Positions 25,678 through 36,015 of a stretch of 64,000 nt of DNA are shown piece after piece. A program made the position numbers and the translations under genes. Source of the stretch: an uncultured Bacilli bacterium (GTDB lineage Bacteria; Bacillota_I; Bacilli_A; RF39; UBA660); contig CALVUN010000010.1 in the NCBI GenBank assembly GCA_944363595.1, positions 6,852 through 70,851 of the forward strand, in the 5' to 3' direction. Positions within the stretch are counted from its first letter, which is position 1. Each line of letters begins with the position of its first letter. The notes below the pieces were generated by a model that was given only the letters and a program-made list of their open reading frames with translations, ran no database searches and was not told where the DNA came from.

Positions 25678-28600
25678 ATGAATGGAGTATTAGTAAAAGA
25701 AAAACAAGTAGAAAACAAAATATTAAAAGTTATTAGCTTACATGATTACAAAAAAGGTCTTTATTATAAAGGACTTATTCAACTAAATAGATTAATTAAA
25801 AATAATGACAAAACAGAATATTTTTTAAGTGTTCAATCTGAAAACAAACGTTATCAAACATATGATGTTCAAATAGACATTAATAATAATGCTGAAGTAA
25901 TAAATACATATTGTGAATGTAAACAATATGAAATATATGGTAGTTGTAAACATATTGCGGCTTCTCTTATTTATTATCAAAATAAAATGTTTAAAGATGA
26001 AGAAGAAGAAAAAAGACAAATAAGTTTAGATATTCTTAATCGTTTCTATGAAGAAAAAAAGTCTAAGTTCAAAATTCGTAAATTAGCACATATAACTGTC
26101 GATCTAGAATTTTGTGATAGAAGATACAAAAGATATGAAATAAGACTAAAAATAGGGGAAGATAAATTATATAGTTTAAATCAAAAACTATCACGCTTTA
26201 TTTACGCTTACGACAATGGGGGAACAGTAAAATTTGGAAAGAATTTCGTCTATGACCCAGATGAATATTACTTTGGTGAAGATGATACCAAATTAATAGA
26301 AAAGCTAAGAGGAATAGACTATTATAATCTCCATTACATAAGTGAATATGAACTCCATTACTATTTAGACATCATCAAAGATCATCCTATCTACATAGAA
26401 GGAATTGGTAATATTACCAAATGGGTAAATGGTAATCCATACCAAATTGAATTAACTAAGGAAAAAAATAATATTATTCTAAATATTACTAATAAAGATC
26501 AAATTTATGAATTAGAAATAAATAAAAAATATGTTGTCTATCAAAAACAAATATATATTGTCGACGAAGAAATTGGAAAACTAACATATTTAATGCAATA
26601 CTATAATTTAGATAAACTAACATTTGATGAAAAAGATTTAGAAAAATTTACTGGTGGCCTCTTAAAATTAATCAAAGAAAATGTAACAGTATCCGAAAAT
26701 TTAAAAGATACTATCATCATTACTAACAAGCCAACAGTAAAATTATATTTTGATTACTATTATAATGCTATAGTTTGTAATATAAAGCTAAACTACAATA
26801 ATAACGAAATAAATTATTTTGAAGAAAATGATCATATCGTCAGGGATAGTGAATCTGAAGAACAAATTTTAAATGACATAATAAAATATGATTTCAAAAT
26901 TATAGATGAAAAATTAATATTAGAAGATATTGATTCTATTGGTTATTTTATGGAAAAAGGCCTTTTAGAATTATCTGAAAAATATGAAATATTTACTAGT
27001 GAAAAAATAAAAAACACCAAATTTGTCCAAGCTAACGTTAAGTCAACTTTTAATATTGGTAAAGATAATATATTAAAATATCAATTTGATTTAGGAAATA
27101 TAAATCCAAGTGAAATATTCAATGTATTAGAGGACTTAAAAAACAAAAAGAAATACTATCGCTTAAAAAGTGGTGATATTCTTGACTTAGAGGCCAATAA
27201 CGATTTAGAGCAATTAGATGAATTAATTAATGATTTAGACTTAAATAATAAAAACATAACCCAAGAAGAAGGAGAAATACCTAAATATCGAGCTATTTAC
27301 TTAGATTATTTAAAGAAAGAAAAATATAGTATCATTACGACAAATAACAGTTTCGATGAATTTATTGATAATTTCAATAAATATAAAAATGCCCCAATAA
27401 CATTAACAGACAAGGATAAACAAATATTAAGAGAATATCAAGTAACTGGGGTAAAATGGCTATACAATATTTATAAATGCAATCTAGGTGGTGTACTTGC
27501 CGATGAAATGGGTCTTGGAAAATCTATTCAATTCATCTATTTCATAAAACAGGTTATTAAAGACAAAAAAGATGCCAAAATTCTTATTATCGTACCAACA
27601 TCATTAGTATATAATTGGCAAAATGAATTTGAAAAATTTGGTAAAAATTTAAAATACAAAGTCCTATACGGCAATAAAAATAAACGTGAAGAAATATTTA
27701 ATAATTTATCAGACTATAACATTCTTATAACAACGTATGGTCTTATTCGTGAAGATCAAGAAATGTACGAAAATAAAGTTTTTGAAATAGTAGCCTTAGA
27801 TGAAGCTCAAAACATCAAAAATAATAATGCCATGATGACTAAAGCAGTAAAAAAAATCAAAGCCAATTGCAAAATTGCTCTAACAGGAACACCTTTAGAA
27901 AATAGTATTACTGAATTATGGAGTATCTTTGATTTCATTATGCCAGGTTACTTAGCCAATATCAAAAAGTTTAATACCAAATATAATATTAAAGATGTCG
28001 ATGAAGAAAATATTAACAAACTAGATACCCTAAAAAGACAAATTGCCCCATTTATACTTAGACGAAAAAAACAAGATGTTTTAAAAGATTTACCAGCTAA
28101 AATCGAAAATAATATTTATGTCGACTTAAATGAAAATCAAAAGAAAATATATATTGCTGAAGTTGAGAAAACCAAAAAGAAAATAGACGAATTATTAAAA
28201 ACATCAGGTTTTGATAAATCCCGTTTTGAAATTTTAACTCTTTTAACCAAATTAAGACAAATATGTATTTCTCCAAATATAATTTTTGAAAACTACAAAT
28301 ATGAAAGCTCCAAGATTGAAGAACTAGTAAAAATAGTTAAAGAAGTAGTTAGTAATGGTCACAAGATTTTAATTTTCAGTAGTTTTAAAACCGCATTATC
28401 TTTAGTTCAAAAACGTTTTCAAAAAGAAAAAATTTCATTCTATACCATCGATGGAAGTGTAAATTCAAAGAAAAGAATGGAATTAGTTAATAAGTTTAAT
28501 GAAGATGATACCAATACCTTTCTCATTACCATAAAAGCGGGAGGTACAGGATTAAATCTAACAAGTGCTGACGTCGTTATTCATTTAGATTTATGGTGGA

Positions 28601-28839
28601 ACCCTCAAGTTGAAAATCAAGCTACTGATAGAAGTCACCGTATTGGCCAAAAAAATAATGTTGAAGTAATCAAAATAATTTGTAAAGGCACAATTGAAGA
28701 AAGAATATTAGAATTACAAAACAAAAAGAAAATCCTTGTCGATAACCTTATTGAAGGCAAAGATCGTGATAAAAATATCATTAATTCACTATCAGAAAAA
28801 GATATTCAAAACCTATTAAAATTAGATATTCAAGAATAA
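25678..28839 (+). CDS. SNF2-family helicase with an N-terminal SWIM zinc finger (YwqA/RapA-like)
   Basis: SWIM motif CECKQYEIYGSCKHIAA. SNF2 motifs I (DEMGLGKS) and II (DEAQNIKN), a helicase C-terminal domain, and HRIGQ. Confidence 0.85.
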   Translation: MNGVLVKEKQVENKILKVISLHDYKKGLYYKGLIQLNRLIKNNDKTEYFLSVQSENKRYQTYDVQIDINNNAEVINTYCECKQYEIYGSCKHIAASLIYYQNKMFKDEEEEKRQISLDILNRFYEEKKSKFKIRKLAHITVDLEFCDRRYKRYEIRLKIGEDKLYSLNQKLSRFIYAYDNGGTVKFGKNFVYDPDEYYFGEDDTKLIEKLRGIDYYNLHYISEYELHYYLDIIKDHPIYIEGIGNITKWVNGNPYQIELTKEKNNIILNITNKDQIYELEINKKYVVYQKQIYIVDEEIGKLTYLMQYYNLDKLTFDEKDLEKFTGGLLKLIKENVTVSENLKDTIIITNKPTVKLYFDYYYNAIVCNIKLNYNNNEINYFEENDHIVRDSESEEQILNDIIKYDFKIIDEKLILEDIDSIGYFMEKGLLELSEKYEIFTSEKIKNTKFVQANVKSTFNIGKDNILKYQFDLGNINPSEIFNVLEDLKNKKKYYRLKSGDILDLEANNDLEQLDELINDLDLNNKNITQEEGEIPKYRAIYLDYLKKEKYSIITTNNSFDEFIDNFNKYKNAPITLTDKDKQILREYQVTGVKWLYNIYKCNLGGVLADEMGLGKSIQFIYFIKQVIKDKKDAKILIIVPTSLVYNWQNEFEKFGKNLKYKVLYGNKNKREEIFNNLSDYNILITTYGLIREDQEMYENKVFEIVALDEAQNIKNNNAMMTKAVKKIKANCKIALTGTPLENSITELWSIFDFIMPGYLANIKKFNTKYNIKDVDEENINKLDTLKRQIAPFILRRKKQDVLKDLPAKIENNIYVDLNENQKKIYIAEVEKTKKKIDELLKTSGFDKSRFEILTLLTKLRQICISPNIIFENYKYESSKIEELVKIVKEVVSNGHKILIFSSFKTALSLVQKRFQKEKISFYTIDGSVNSKKRMELVNKFNEDDTNTFLITIKAGGTGLNLTSADVVIHLDLWWNPQVENQATDRSHRIGQKNNVEVIKIICKGTIEERILELQNKKKILVDNLIEGKDRDKNIINSLSEKDIQNLLKLDIQE

Positions 28840-29145
28840 ATTACCAATATTTACCATTTACAACAAATATGTTGTAAAAATGATAAAATTTTGTTATAAT
28901 TTATACACCTAACAATAGTTAGGTAATATGTTCATTATTAAGGATTAACTAATATTATCAAATAATTAAACTAAGAAAAAGACTAAGAAATAAGTTAATA
29001 AGTCTTACCATATATTTGCTTAGACTAATTAGTTAATTCCTTAAATGAACCATAAATAATGACTTTCAATAGTTGTCAAAAAAATGACAAGTAAGTTGAT
29101 TGTCTTTTTTTTTATGATAAAATGTTATAGAAGAAGGTAGGTAAC

Positions 29146-31062
29146 ATGAAAACAACATCATATAATGAAAATTCAATCAAAATCCTAGAGGGCCTTGAAG
29201 CTGTTAGAAAAAGACCTGGTATGTATATAGGTTCTACTGATAAAAGAGGCCTTCATCATCTTGTTTGGGAAATCGTCGACAATTGTGTCGATGAAGCCCT
29301 AAATGGCTATGGTAATCATATAAAAATAACGATGCATAAAGATGGTAGTATCAGTGTTGCAGATCACGGCCGTGGAGTACCAGTTGGTATGCATCCATCT
29401 GGTAAATCAACACCAGAAGTCATATATACTATTCTTCATGCAGGTGGTAAATTTTCTGAAGGAGGTTATAAAGTATCTGGTGGACTACACGGAGTTGGCG
29501 CCAGTGTTGTTAACGCCTTAAGTAGCATCATGGAAGTAGTAATATGCCGTGATGGAGGCGAATATTATATCCGTTTTGAACATGGTGGTAAAGTAACTGT
29601 TCCCCTAAAAAAAATAGGTACTACTAATAAAACAGGAACAACAGTTAAATTTAAACCAGACCCAGAAATATTCCCAAGCACCACATTTAATTATTCAATC
29701 ATCTGTGAAAGAATGCAAGAATGTGCTTTTTTAATGAACGGTTTAACTATTGAAATAATTGATGAAATAAACAATCGTAGTGAGAAATACAAATACGAAA
29801 ACGGCTTAGAAGCTTTTTGTGAATATCTAAATGAAAACAAAGAAGCAATCCATAAACCTCTTTGCTTCAGCGCTGAAAAAGATAAAGTTAACGTATCTGT
29901 TGCTTTACAATATACAGATAGTTATTCTGAAAACATCGTATCTTTTGTCAATAACGTAAAAACTAGTGATGGCGGAACTCATGAAGTAGGATTTAAAACA
30001 GCCTTAACCAAAGTTTTAAATGATTATGCTAAAGAAAATGGATTTATTAAAGGAAAAGACAAAAGTTTTGAAGGAAGCGATGTAAGAGAAGGACTAACAG
30101 CAATCATCAGTGTCCAAATACCCGAAGCCATTCTCCAATTTGAAGGTCAAACAAAATCAAAATTAGGAACTCCAGTAGCAAGAAGCATCGTCGAAAATAT
30201 TACGACTGAAAAATTAAAATTTTTCTTAGAAGAAAATCGTGTTATTGCCACTAAAATAGTTTCAAAAGCCATCAAAGGTAAAGATGCAAGAGAAGCAGCC
30301 AGAAAAGCTAGAGAAGAAACTAGAAAAGGAAAAGACAATAAGAAAATAGAAAAAATTTTAAGTGGTAAATTAACCCCCGCTCAGAGTAAAAACAGTAAAG
30401 AAAAAGAACTATTTATAGTAGAAGGTGATTCAGCAGGCGGATCAGCAAAACAAGGCCGCGACCGCAAGACTCAAGCTATATTACCTTTACGTGGTAAAGT
30501 TATTAATACCGAAAAAGCTAAATTAGAAGATATCTTAAAAAACGAAGAAATAAATACCCTTATACATACCATAGGTGCGGGTATTGGTGCTGATTTTAAC
30601 GTTAAAGATATCAATTATGATAAAGTTGTCATTATGACTGATGCCGATGATGATGGAGCTCATATCCAATGCCTACTTTTAACCTTCTTTTACCGTTATA
30701 TGAAACCATTAATAGAAGAAGGTCATCTATATATAGCCTGTCCACCACTATACAAATTAACTATTGGAAATAAAAGTACATATTTATGGACTAATGAAGA
30801 ATTAAAAGAAGCAACAAAAGGTAAAACAAATTATAAAATTCAAAGATATAAAGGATTAGGAGAAATGAATGCTTCCCAACTATGGGAAACAACAATGGAT
30901 CCCGCACGTCGTACCTTTATAAAAGTAAATATAAGCGATGTCGCTTTAGCAGAAAAAAGACTTAACGTTCTTATGGGTGATCAAGTAGAACCAAGAAAGA
31001 ACTGGATTGAAGAAAATGTCGTTTTCTCACTTGAAGACGATTATAAAATAAAAAGCAAATAA
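29146..31062 (+). CDS. parE: type IIA topoisomerase ATPase subunit, most likely topoisomerase IV subunit B (ParE) rather than GyrB
   Basis: GHKL ATPase, TOPRIM domain (EGDSAGG) and PLRGK motif. GRGVPVGMH...GKSTPEVIYTILHAGGKF is closer to Firmicutes ParE than GyrB by my memory. It lacks the C-terminal GyrB-specific insertion. No gyrA or parC neighbour. Confidence 0.8.
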   Translation: MKTTSYNENSIKILEGLEAVRKRPGMYIGSTDKRGLHHLVWEIVDNCVDEALNGYGNHIKITMHKDGSISVADHGRGVPVGMHPSGKSTPEVIYTILHAGGKFSEGGYKVSGGLHGVGASVVNALSSIMEVVICRDGGEYYIRFEHGGKVTVPLKKIGTTNKTGTTVKFKPDPEIFPSTTFNYSIICERMQECAFLMNGLTIEIIDEINNRSEKYKYENGLEAFCEYLNENKEAIHKPLCFSAEKDKVNVSVALQYTDSYSENIVSFVNNVKTSDGGTHEVGFKTALTKVLNDYAKENGFIKGKDKSFEGSDVREGLTAIISVQIPEAILQFEGQTKSKLGTPVARSIVENITTEKLKFFLEENRVIATKIVSKAIKGKDAREAARKAREETRKGKDNKKIEKILSGKLTPAQSKNSKEKELFIVEGDSAGGSAKQGRDRKTQAILPLRGKVINTEKAKLEDILKNEEINTLIHTIGAGIGADFNVKDINYDKVVIMTDADDDGAHIQCLLLTFFYRYMKPLIEEGHLYIACPPLYKLTIGNKSTYLWTNEELKEATKGKTNYKIQRYKGLGEMNASQLWETTMDPARRTFIKVNISDVALAEKRLNVLMGDQVEPRKNWIEENVVFSLEDDYKIKSK

Positions 31063-31066
31063 AACA

Positions 31067-31098
31067 AAAAATGACACCAATCGCGTCATTTTTTTTAT
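31067..31098 (+). terminator. rho-independent terminator after parE
   Basis: Hairpin ATGACaccaatcgcGTCAT followed by T8. Confidence 0.6.
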
Positions 31099-31119
31099 AT
31101 ACTTACCAAGGTGACCAAA

Positions 31120-31899
31120 ATGAAAGTATATATTGACCTAGTATTATTTCTAAATCTCATTATTGATCTTTTCCTCCTCATAGCGGTAACAATCATCCTA
31201 AAAAGAAAAACAAATATTAAACGCCTAATAATATCAGCCCTAATAGGAAGTCTAACCACTTTAACTCTTCTCATAAAACTAACTAATACATCTCTTTTCA
31301 TCATAAAGATAATCATATCTATTATTATGGTTATAACCGCTTTTCATTATCAAAACATTCGTTATACCATAAAAAATATAACCTATTTATATATAGTAAG
31401 CATAATTCTAGGAGGAGCCCTCTATCTATTAAATGTCCAATTTTTCTATCACCAAGAAGGACTAACTTTCTATCATGACGGTTTAGGATTAAATATTTTT
31501 GTAATTATCATTTTAAGTCCCATCATTATCTATTTATATTTAAAAAATATCAAAGAATTAAAAAACAACTATTCTAATTACTACTATCTAGACATATACT
31601 TAAAAGACCAATCAAAAATATCCCTAATAGGATTTGTTGATACGGGCAACAATTTAAAAGATCCTTATACCAAAAGTCCCATCATCATTGTAAGCAAAAA
31701 CAAAATCCCCCCCCAAGAAAATTACCTTTTAGTGCCTTTCCAAGTAATCAATCATCATGAATTATTAAAATGTATAAAGCCCCAAAAAATAATTATTGAT
31801 AACCAAATAATCACTACTAAAGCATTAATAGGTATTTCTGATAATAATATCAACATCGATGGTGTTGACTGTATCATTCATCCCGAATTAATAAAATAA
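31120..31899 (+). CDS. spoIIGA: sigma-E processing peptidase SpoIIGA
   Basis: N-terminal transmembrane helices (YIDLVLFLNLIIDLFLL) and the aspartic protease motif FVDTGNNLKDP. It lies directly upstream of sigE. It contains a C8 tract at 31697-31704. Confidence 0.85.
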   Translation: MKVYIDLVLFLNLIIDLFLLIAVTIILKRKTNIKRLIISALIGSLTTLTLLIKLTNTSLFIIKIIISIIMVITAFHYQNIRYTIKNITYLYIVSIILGGALYLLNVQFFYHQEGLTFYHDGLGLNIFVIIILSPIIIYLYLKNIKELKNNYSNYYYLDIYLKDQSKISLIGFVDTGNNLKDPYTKSPIIIVSKNKIPPQENYLLVPFQVINHHELLKCIKPQKIIIDNQIITTKALIGISDNNINIDGVDCIIHPELIK

Positions 31900-31915
31900 A
31901 AGAGAGGAGCCAAAT

Positions 31916-32605
31916 ATGCAAAAAATAATATTATTCATAAAAAAATTATTATCTCGTTTCAATCATCTTTTTTATGTAGGTAGCACTGATAAATTACCTG
32001 AACCATTAAGTAAAGAAGAAGAAATAAAATACGTCGAATTAGCTATGCAAAATGATGAACAAGCCCGCAATAAATTAATTGAACATAATTTAAGACTAGT
32101 CGTATTTTTAGCTAAGAAATATGAAAATACCAATATTGACTTAGAAGATTTAGTATCAATTGGAACAATTGGATTAATAAAAGGTGTAAATACATATAAA
32201 TTAGATAAAAATATTAAACTAGCAACTTATGCATCACGCTGTATCGATAATGAAATTCTCATGTATTTAAGAAAAACCAAAAAAAAGCGAACTGAGATAA
32301 GCTTTGAAGATAGTTTAAGTTTTGATGGTGAAGGTAATGAACTACATTTAGAAGATGTTTTAGGTACAGAACCAGATATAGTAACCAAAGGTTTAGAAGA
32401 AGATTTAGATAAAAAAACACTTTATCAAGAAATAAAAAAATTAGATCAAAGAGATAAAGAAATAATAGAATTAAGATATGGCTTAAACGGAAAAAAAGAG
32501 ATGACCCAAAAAGAAGTTGCCGACTTATTAGGTATCTCCCAATCATACATATCACGTATTGAAAAAAAAGTAATAAAAAAACTAAGTAATATTATCAAAA
32601 TATAA
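31916..32605 (+). CDS. sigE: sporulation sigma factor SigE (pro-sigma-E)
   Basis: Pro-sequence, region 2 (NLRLVVFLAKKYENTNIDLEDLVSIGTIGLIKGVNTY) and region 4 HTH (MTQKEVADLLGISQSYISRIEKK). Confidence 0.9.
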   Translation: MQKIILFIKKLLSRFNHLFYVGSTDKLPEPLSKEEEIKYVELAMQNDEQARNKLIEHNLRLVVFLAKKYENTNIDLEDLVSIGTIGLIKGVNTYKLDKNIKLATYASRCIDNEILMYLRKTKKKRTEISFEDSLSFDGEGNELHLEDVLGTEPDIVTKGLEEDLDKKTLYQEIKKLDQRDKEIIELRYGLNGKKEMTQKEVADLLGISQSYISRIEKKVIKKLSNIIKI

Positions 32606-32836
32606 CTACTTAAATCTTTTAAATTTCAAAGGATCAATTTGATCAATATCATATCCCATCTCTGTTATCACATCGATAGTCTTAACCATAAGTTGAGAAC
32701 AATTATCAATATCTAACCAACCATGTTTTACTAAAACTTTTTTTAAAGTAACATTTAAACTATCATTATTATATTTAGCATGTTCAATCATACTTTCAGC
32801 TAAAATTTTGGCCATCTCATCAATTTCCATAAACAT
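32606..32836 (-). CDS. hypothetical small protein
   Basis: 76-aa ORF convergent on sigE. No family recognised. Confidence 0.4.
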   Translation of the reverse strand: MFMEIDEMAKILAESMIEHAKYNNDSLNVTLKKVLVKHGWLDIDNCSQLMVKTIDVITEMGYDIDQIDPLKFKRFK

Positions 32837-32933
32837 CCTCCTATATTAATATTACCTTATAAAGGAACCATTGTAAAGGTATATTTAAAAAGATTTATTC
32901 ATGATACAATATAATTGACTTGGAGGTCAAAGC

Positions 32934-33203
32934 ATGAATAAATTAAGAGGGATTAGTGAGTTAAGAGATTATGGTAAAATTGCAATAACCCTAAAATCAC
33001 TCATGGATACCCATCAAGTAACAGTATATCAGATGAGCAAACTAACGGGATTAAAATATAGTACAATTAAAGCTTATTACACCAATGCACCTTTAACTAG
33101 GGTAGATTTAGATGTCTTAGCTAAATTTTGCTATGTTTTAAATTGCAATATATCTGATATTCTCAAATATGTATCACATGAAACAACTCACACAAACACT
33201 TAA
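32934..33203 (+). CDS. XRE-family HTH transcriptional regulator (YozG-like)
   Basis: Contains VYQMSKLTGLKYSTIKAYYTN (an HTH_26-like motif). Confidence 0.65.
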   Translation: MNKLRGISELRDYGKIAITLKSLMDTHQVTVYQMSKLTGLKYSTIKAYYTNAPLTRVDLDVLAKFCYVLNCNISDILKYVSHETTHTNT

Positions 33204-33222
33204 ATTAAAGTGTTTTTTTTCC
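33195..33222 (+). terminator. rho-independent terminator
   Basis: Hairpin AACACTTaaattaAAGTGTT followed by T9. Confidence 0.6.
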
Positions 33223-33345
33223 CTCATTCATATTGTAACACAAAATCTTGGTAATTTATGTAACCAATTTGGTTACATTTTAATATATTTAATAATCAGT
33301 AAAAAAAAACAACAAACAAAACATTAAAACTAGCCCTTATTTTCA

Positions 33346-33374
33346 ATTGTCAAATAAACCAATTCATGATATAA
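33346..33374 (+). promoter_or_regulatory. sigmaA promoter TTGTCA-17-TGaTATAAT for scpA
   Basis: Read directly from the sequence. Confidence 0.5.
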
Positions 33375-33407
33375 TTTAAAAGAAATAACAATTAAAGGAG
33401 GGACAAT

Positions 33408-34142
33408 ATGGATTACCAAGTAAAAATAACAGAATTTGAAGGTCCCTTAGATCTTTTATTACATTTAATCAAAGAATCTAATATAGATATTTATGATATA
33501 TCAATAGAGCAAATAACCAAACAATATTTAGATTATATTAATAAGATGGAAGAATTAAACATAGAAGTAGCGTCATCATACCTTGTCATGGCGGCAGAGC
33601 TAATGGAAATAAAATCCAAATCCCTTTTACCAACTACGGCCAAAGAAGAAGAGAGTGAGGAAGAAGAAGAAGTAACTAGAGAAAATTTAATTAAAAGACT
33701 AATTGAATATCAAAAATATAAAGATATAGCCAATGATTTTCAAGAATTAGAAAATAAAAGACATGAAATATACATTAAGTTACCAGAAAATCTAAATAAT
33801 TTAATAACTCCAGAAAATAGTTTATATCATAATCAATATGATAATAATATTAATGAATTATTAGAAGCTTTCATTTCCTTTATCCAAAGAAAAAATGCAG
33901 AAAAACCATTAAAAACAAAGATTACTAATAAAGAATATAGCGTTAAAGAACGTAAAAATCGTATAAAAAACTTATTATTGACTAAAAAGAAAGTAACATT
34001 TGATGAATTATTTGATATATATAATAAAAGTTATATTGTTGTAACATTCCTATCAATTTTAGAATTAGCTAAAGAAAATACTATTAACTTAGAACAAAGT
34101 AAAAACTTTGCTCAAATATATGTTGAATTAAAGGAGGGATAA
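33408..34142 (+). CDS. scpA: segregation and condensation protein A
   Basis: ITEFEGPLDLLLHLI N-terminus and a winged-helix C-terminus. Confidence 0.9.
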   Translation: MDYQVKITEFEGPLDLLLHLIKESNIDIYDISIEQITKQYLDYINKMEELNIEVASSYLVMAAELMEIKSKSLLPTTAKEEESEEEEEVTRENLIKRLIEYQKYKDIANDFQELENKRHEIYIKLPENLNNLITPENSLYHNQYDNNINELLEAFISFIQRKNAEKPLKTKITNKEYSVKERKNRIKNLLLTKKKVTFDELFDIYNKSYIVVTFLSILELAKENTINLEQSKNFAQIYVELKEG

Positions 34143-34143
34143 C

Positions 34144-34710
34144 ATGCAAGCAGTTTTAGAGGGATTACTATATCTCCAAGGTGATGAAGGATTATCTCTT
34201 GAACAAATAATGGATATTTTAGAAATAGACGAAACAACAGCTATAAAATTAATAAATAATTTACAAGAAAGCTATCAAGATGAAAGTCGTGGCTTAAACA
34301 TCAAATATTTGGCAAACACATATAAGTTAACAACTAAAGAAGAACATAAAAAATATTATGCAAAACTAATTTCAACGCCTAAATATTATCGCTTATCAAG
34401 TTCATCTTTAGAAACACTAGCTATAATAGCTTATAATGAACCAATAACAAGAATTGAAATTGATAAACTAAGAGGGGTTGATTCCAGTTATGTCATAAGA
34501 AAACTGGTGGCTAAAGGACTAATTAAAGAAAGTGGTAAATCAGACCTTCCTGGTCATCCCATTTTATATCGAACAACTGATGATTTTCTTGATTTCTTCA
34601 ACTTGTCATCATTAAAAGAATTACCCGATATAAGTAAATATATTAAAGAAGAAACCGAAGAAGATGACGATAAAGACTTATTTACATCAATATATAAAGA
34701 AGAAAACTAA
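34144..34710 (+). CDS. scpB: segregation and condensation protein B
   Basis: LEGLLYLQGDEGLSLEQI and two winged-helix domains. Adjacent to scpA. Confidence 0.9.
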   Translation: MQAVLEGLLYLQGDEGLSLEQIMDILEIDETTAIKLINNLQESYQDESRGLNIKYLANTYKLTTKEEHKKYYAKLISTPKYYRLSSSSLETLAIIAYNEPITRIEIDKLRGVDSSYVIRKLVAKGLIKESGKSDLPGHPILYRTTDDFLDFFNLSSLKELPDISKYIKEETEEDDDKDLFTSIYKEEN

Positions 34711-34740
34711 AAAAGGATAACAGAAAAGGGGCCAAAATTT

Positions 34741-36009
34741 ATGAATATAATAGATATCATCACTAAAAAGAAAAATAATGAAGTATTAACTGATGAAGAA
34801 ATAAAATTTGTTATTACAAACTATTTAAATGATAATATCAAAGATTACCAAATGAGTAGTTTATTGATGGCCATTGTATTAAATGGTATGAATGAATATG
34901 AAATAGATAGCTTAACTAAATATATGTTAGAAAGTGGTGATCGCATCGATTTGTCACCATTAGGAACTAAAGTAGCAGATAAACATTCAACTGGCGGAGT
35001 AGGGGACAAAACCACTTTAATAGTATCACCTTTAGTAGCATCATGTGGTGTCAAAGTTGCCAAAATGAGTGGTCATGGCTTAGGTCATACGGGAGGCACT
35101 ATAGATAAACTAGAAGCAATTCCAGGTTTTAATACCAATTTAAGTGAAGAAGAATTTTTGAATCAAGTTAAAAATATAGGCCTATCCATTATCACGAGCA
35201 GTAAAAATCTTGTCCCCGCTGATAAAAAAATATATGCTCTAAGAGATGTAACTGGAACTGTTGAATCACCAGCTCTTATAGCTTCATCAATAATGAGTAA
35301 AAAAATAGCATCAGGTAGTCATAACCTCGTTTTAGATATAAAAGTAGGCAGTGGTGCATTAATTAAAGATCTAAAAACAGCTGAAGAACTAGCAAATATA
35401 ATGATAAAAATAGGAAAAAAGAATAATATGAATATAATTTGCCTATTAACCAATATGGATATTCCTTTAGGAAATAATATTGGTAATATATTAGAAGTAG
35501 AAGAAGCTATCGCCATTTTAACAAATAAAAAAGATGGTCCTCTCCAAAAATTATGTATAACAATTGCCACATACATGGTAAGTCTAGGTCTAAACATATC
35601 CTATGAGGAGGCAGAAAAGCAAGTTTTAGATAATTTAAAAACAGGAAAGGCCTATACCAAATTTTTAGAATTTATTAAAGCACAACATGGAGATTTATCA
35701 AAAATGGTCAAAAATGCTCAAGTATATCAAGTAAAGACTAATAAGCAGGGTTACTTAACCAACATTGATGCTTATAAACTAGGTAGATTATCAATGGAAT
35801 TAGGAGCAGGACGTGAAAATAAAGAAGACACTATTGATTATTCCGCTGGTATCATTGTTAATAAAAAAATAAATGATTATTTAAACGTTGGTGATGTCGT
35901 ATATACCATTTATACCAACAAAGACATTAATAATCTAAACTTTGACATTTTTACTTTGAGTAATGAACCAATAAATGCTCCCCAATTAATACATGAAATA
36001 ATCAAATAA
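34741..36009 (+). CDS. pdp: pyrimidine-nucleoside phosphorylase
   Basis: HSTGGVGDKTTL and SGHGLGHTGGT motifs. Confidence 0.9.
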   Translation: MNIIDIITKKKNNEVLTDEEIKFVITNYLNDNIKDYQMSSLLMAIVLNGMNEYEIDSLTKYMLESGDRIDLSPLGTKVADKHSTGGVGDKTTLIVSPLVASCGVKVAKMSGHGLGHTGGTIDKLEAIPGFNTNLSEEEFLNQVKNIGLSIITSSKNLVPADKKIYALRDVTGTVESPALIASSIMSKKIASGSHNLVLDIKVGSGALIKDLKTAEELANIMIKIGKKNNMNIICLLTNMDIPLGNNIGNILEVEEAIAILTNKKDGPLQKLCITIATYMVSLGLNISYEEAEKQVLDNLKTGKAYTKFLEFIKAQHGDLSKMVKNAQVYQVKTNKQGYLTNIDAYKLGRLSMELGAGRENKEDTIDYSAGIIVNKKINDYLNVGDVVYTIYTNKDINNLNFDIFTLSNEPINAPQLIHEIIK

Positions 36010-36015
36010 AAAGAA

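Noticed and set aside
25678-28839. SNF2/SWIM helicase as part of a DISARM/Zorya-type defence system
   Set aside because: No partner genes are adjacent. There is no DUF1998, PLD nuclease, methyltransferase or ZorAB-like gene. It is flanked by a tRNA and parE. It matches the widespread standalone YwqA/RapA-like helicase.
29146-31062. Calling this gene gyrB
   Set aside because: The ORF has the characteristic ParE-like motifs GRGVPVGMH / GKSTPEVIYTILHAGGKF and has no adjacent gyrA, dnaA, dnaN or recF. ParE is more likely, although lineage-specific GyrB cannot be fully excluded without alignment.
33408-34710. ScpA/ScpB as a Wadjet (JetABCD) kleisin module
   Set aside because: The sequences match housekeeping ScpA/ScpB in the canonical scpA-scpB position next to pdp. 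There is no JetC/JetD (SMC plus toprim nuclease) nearby.
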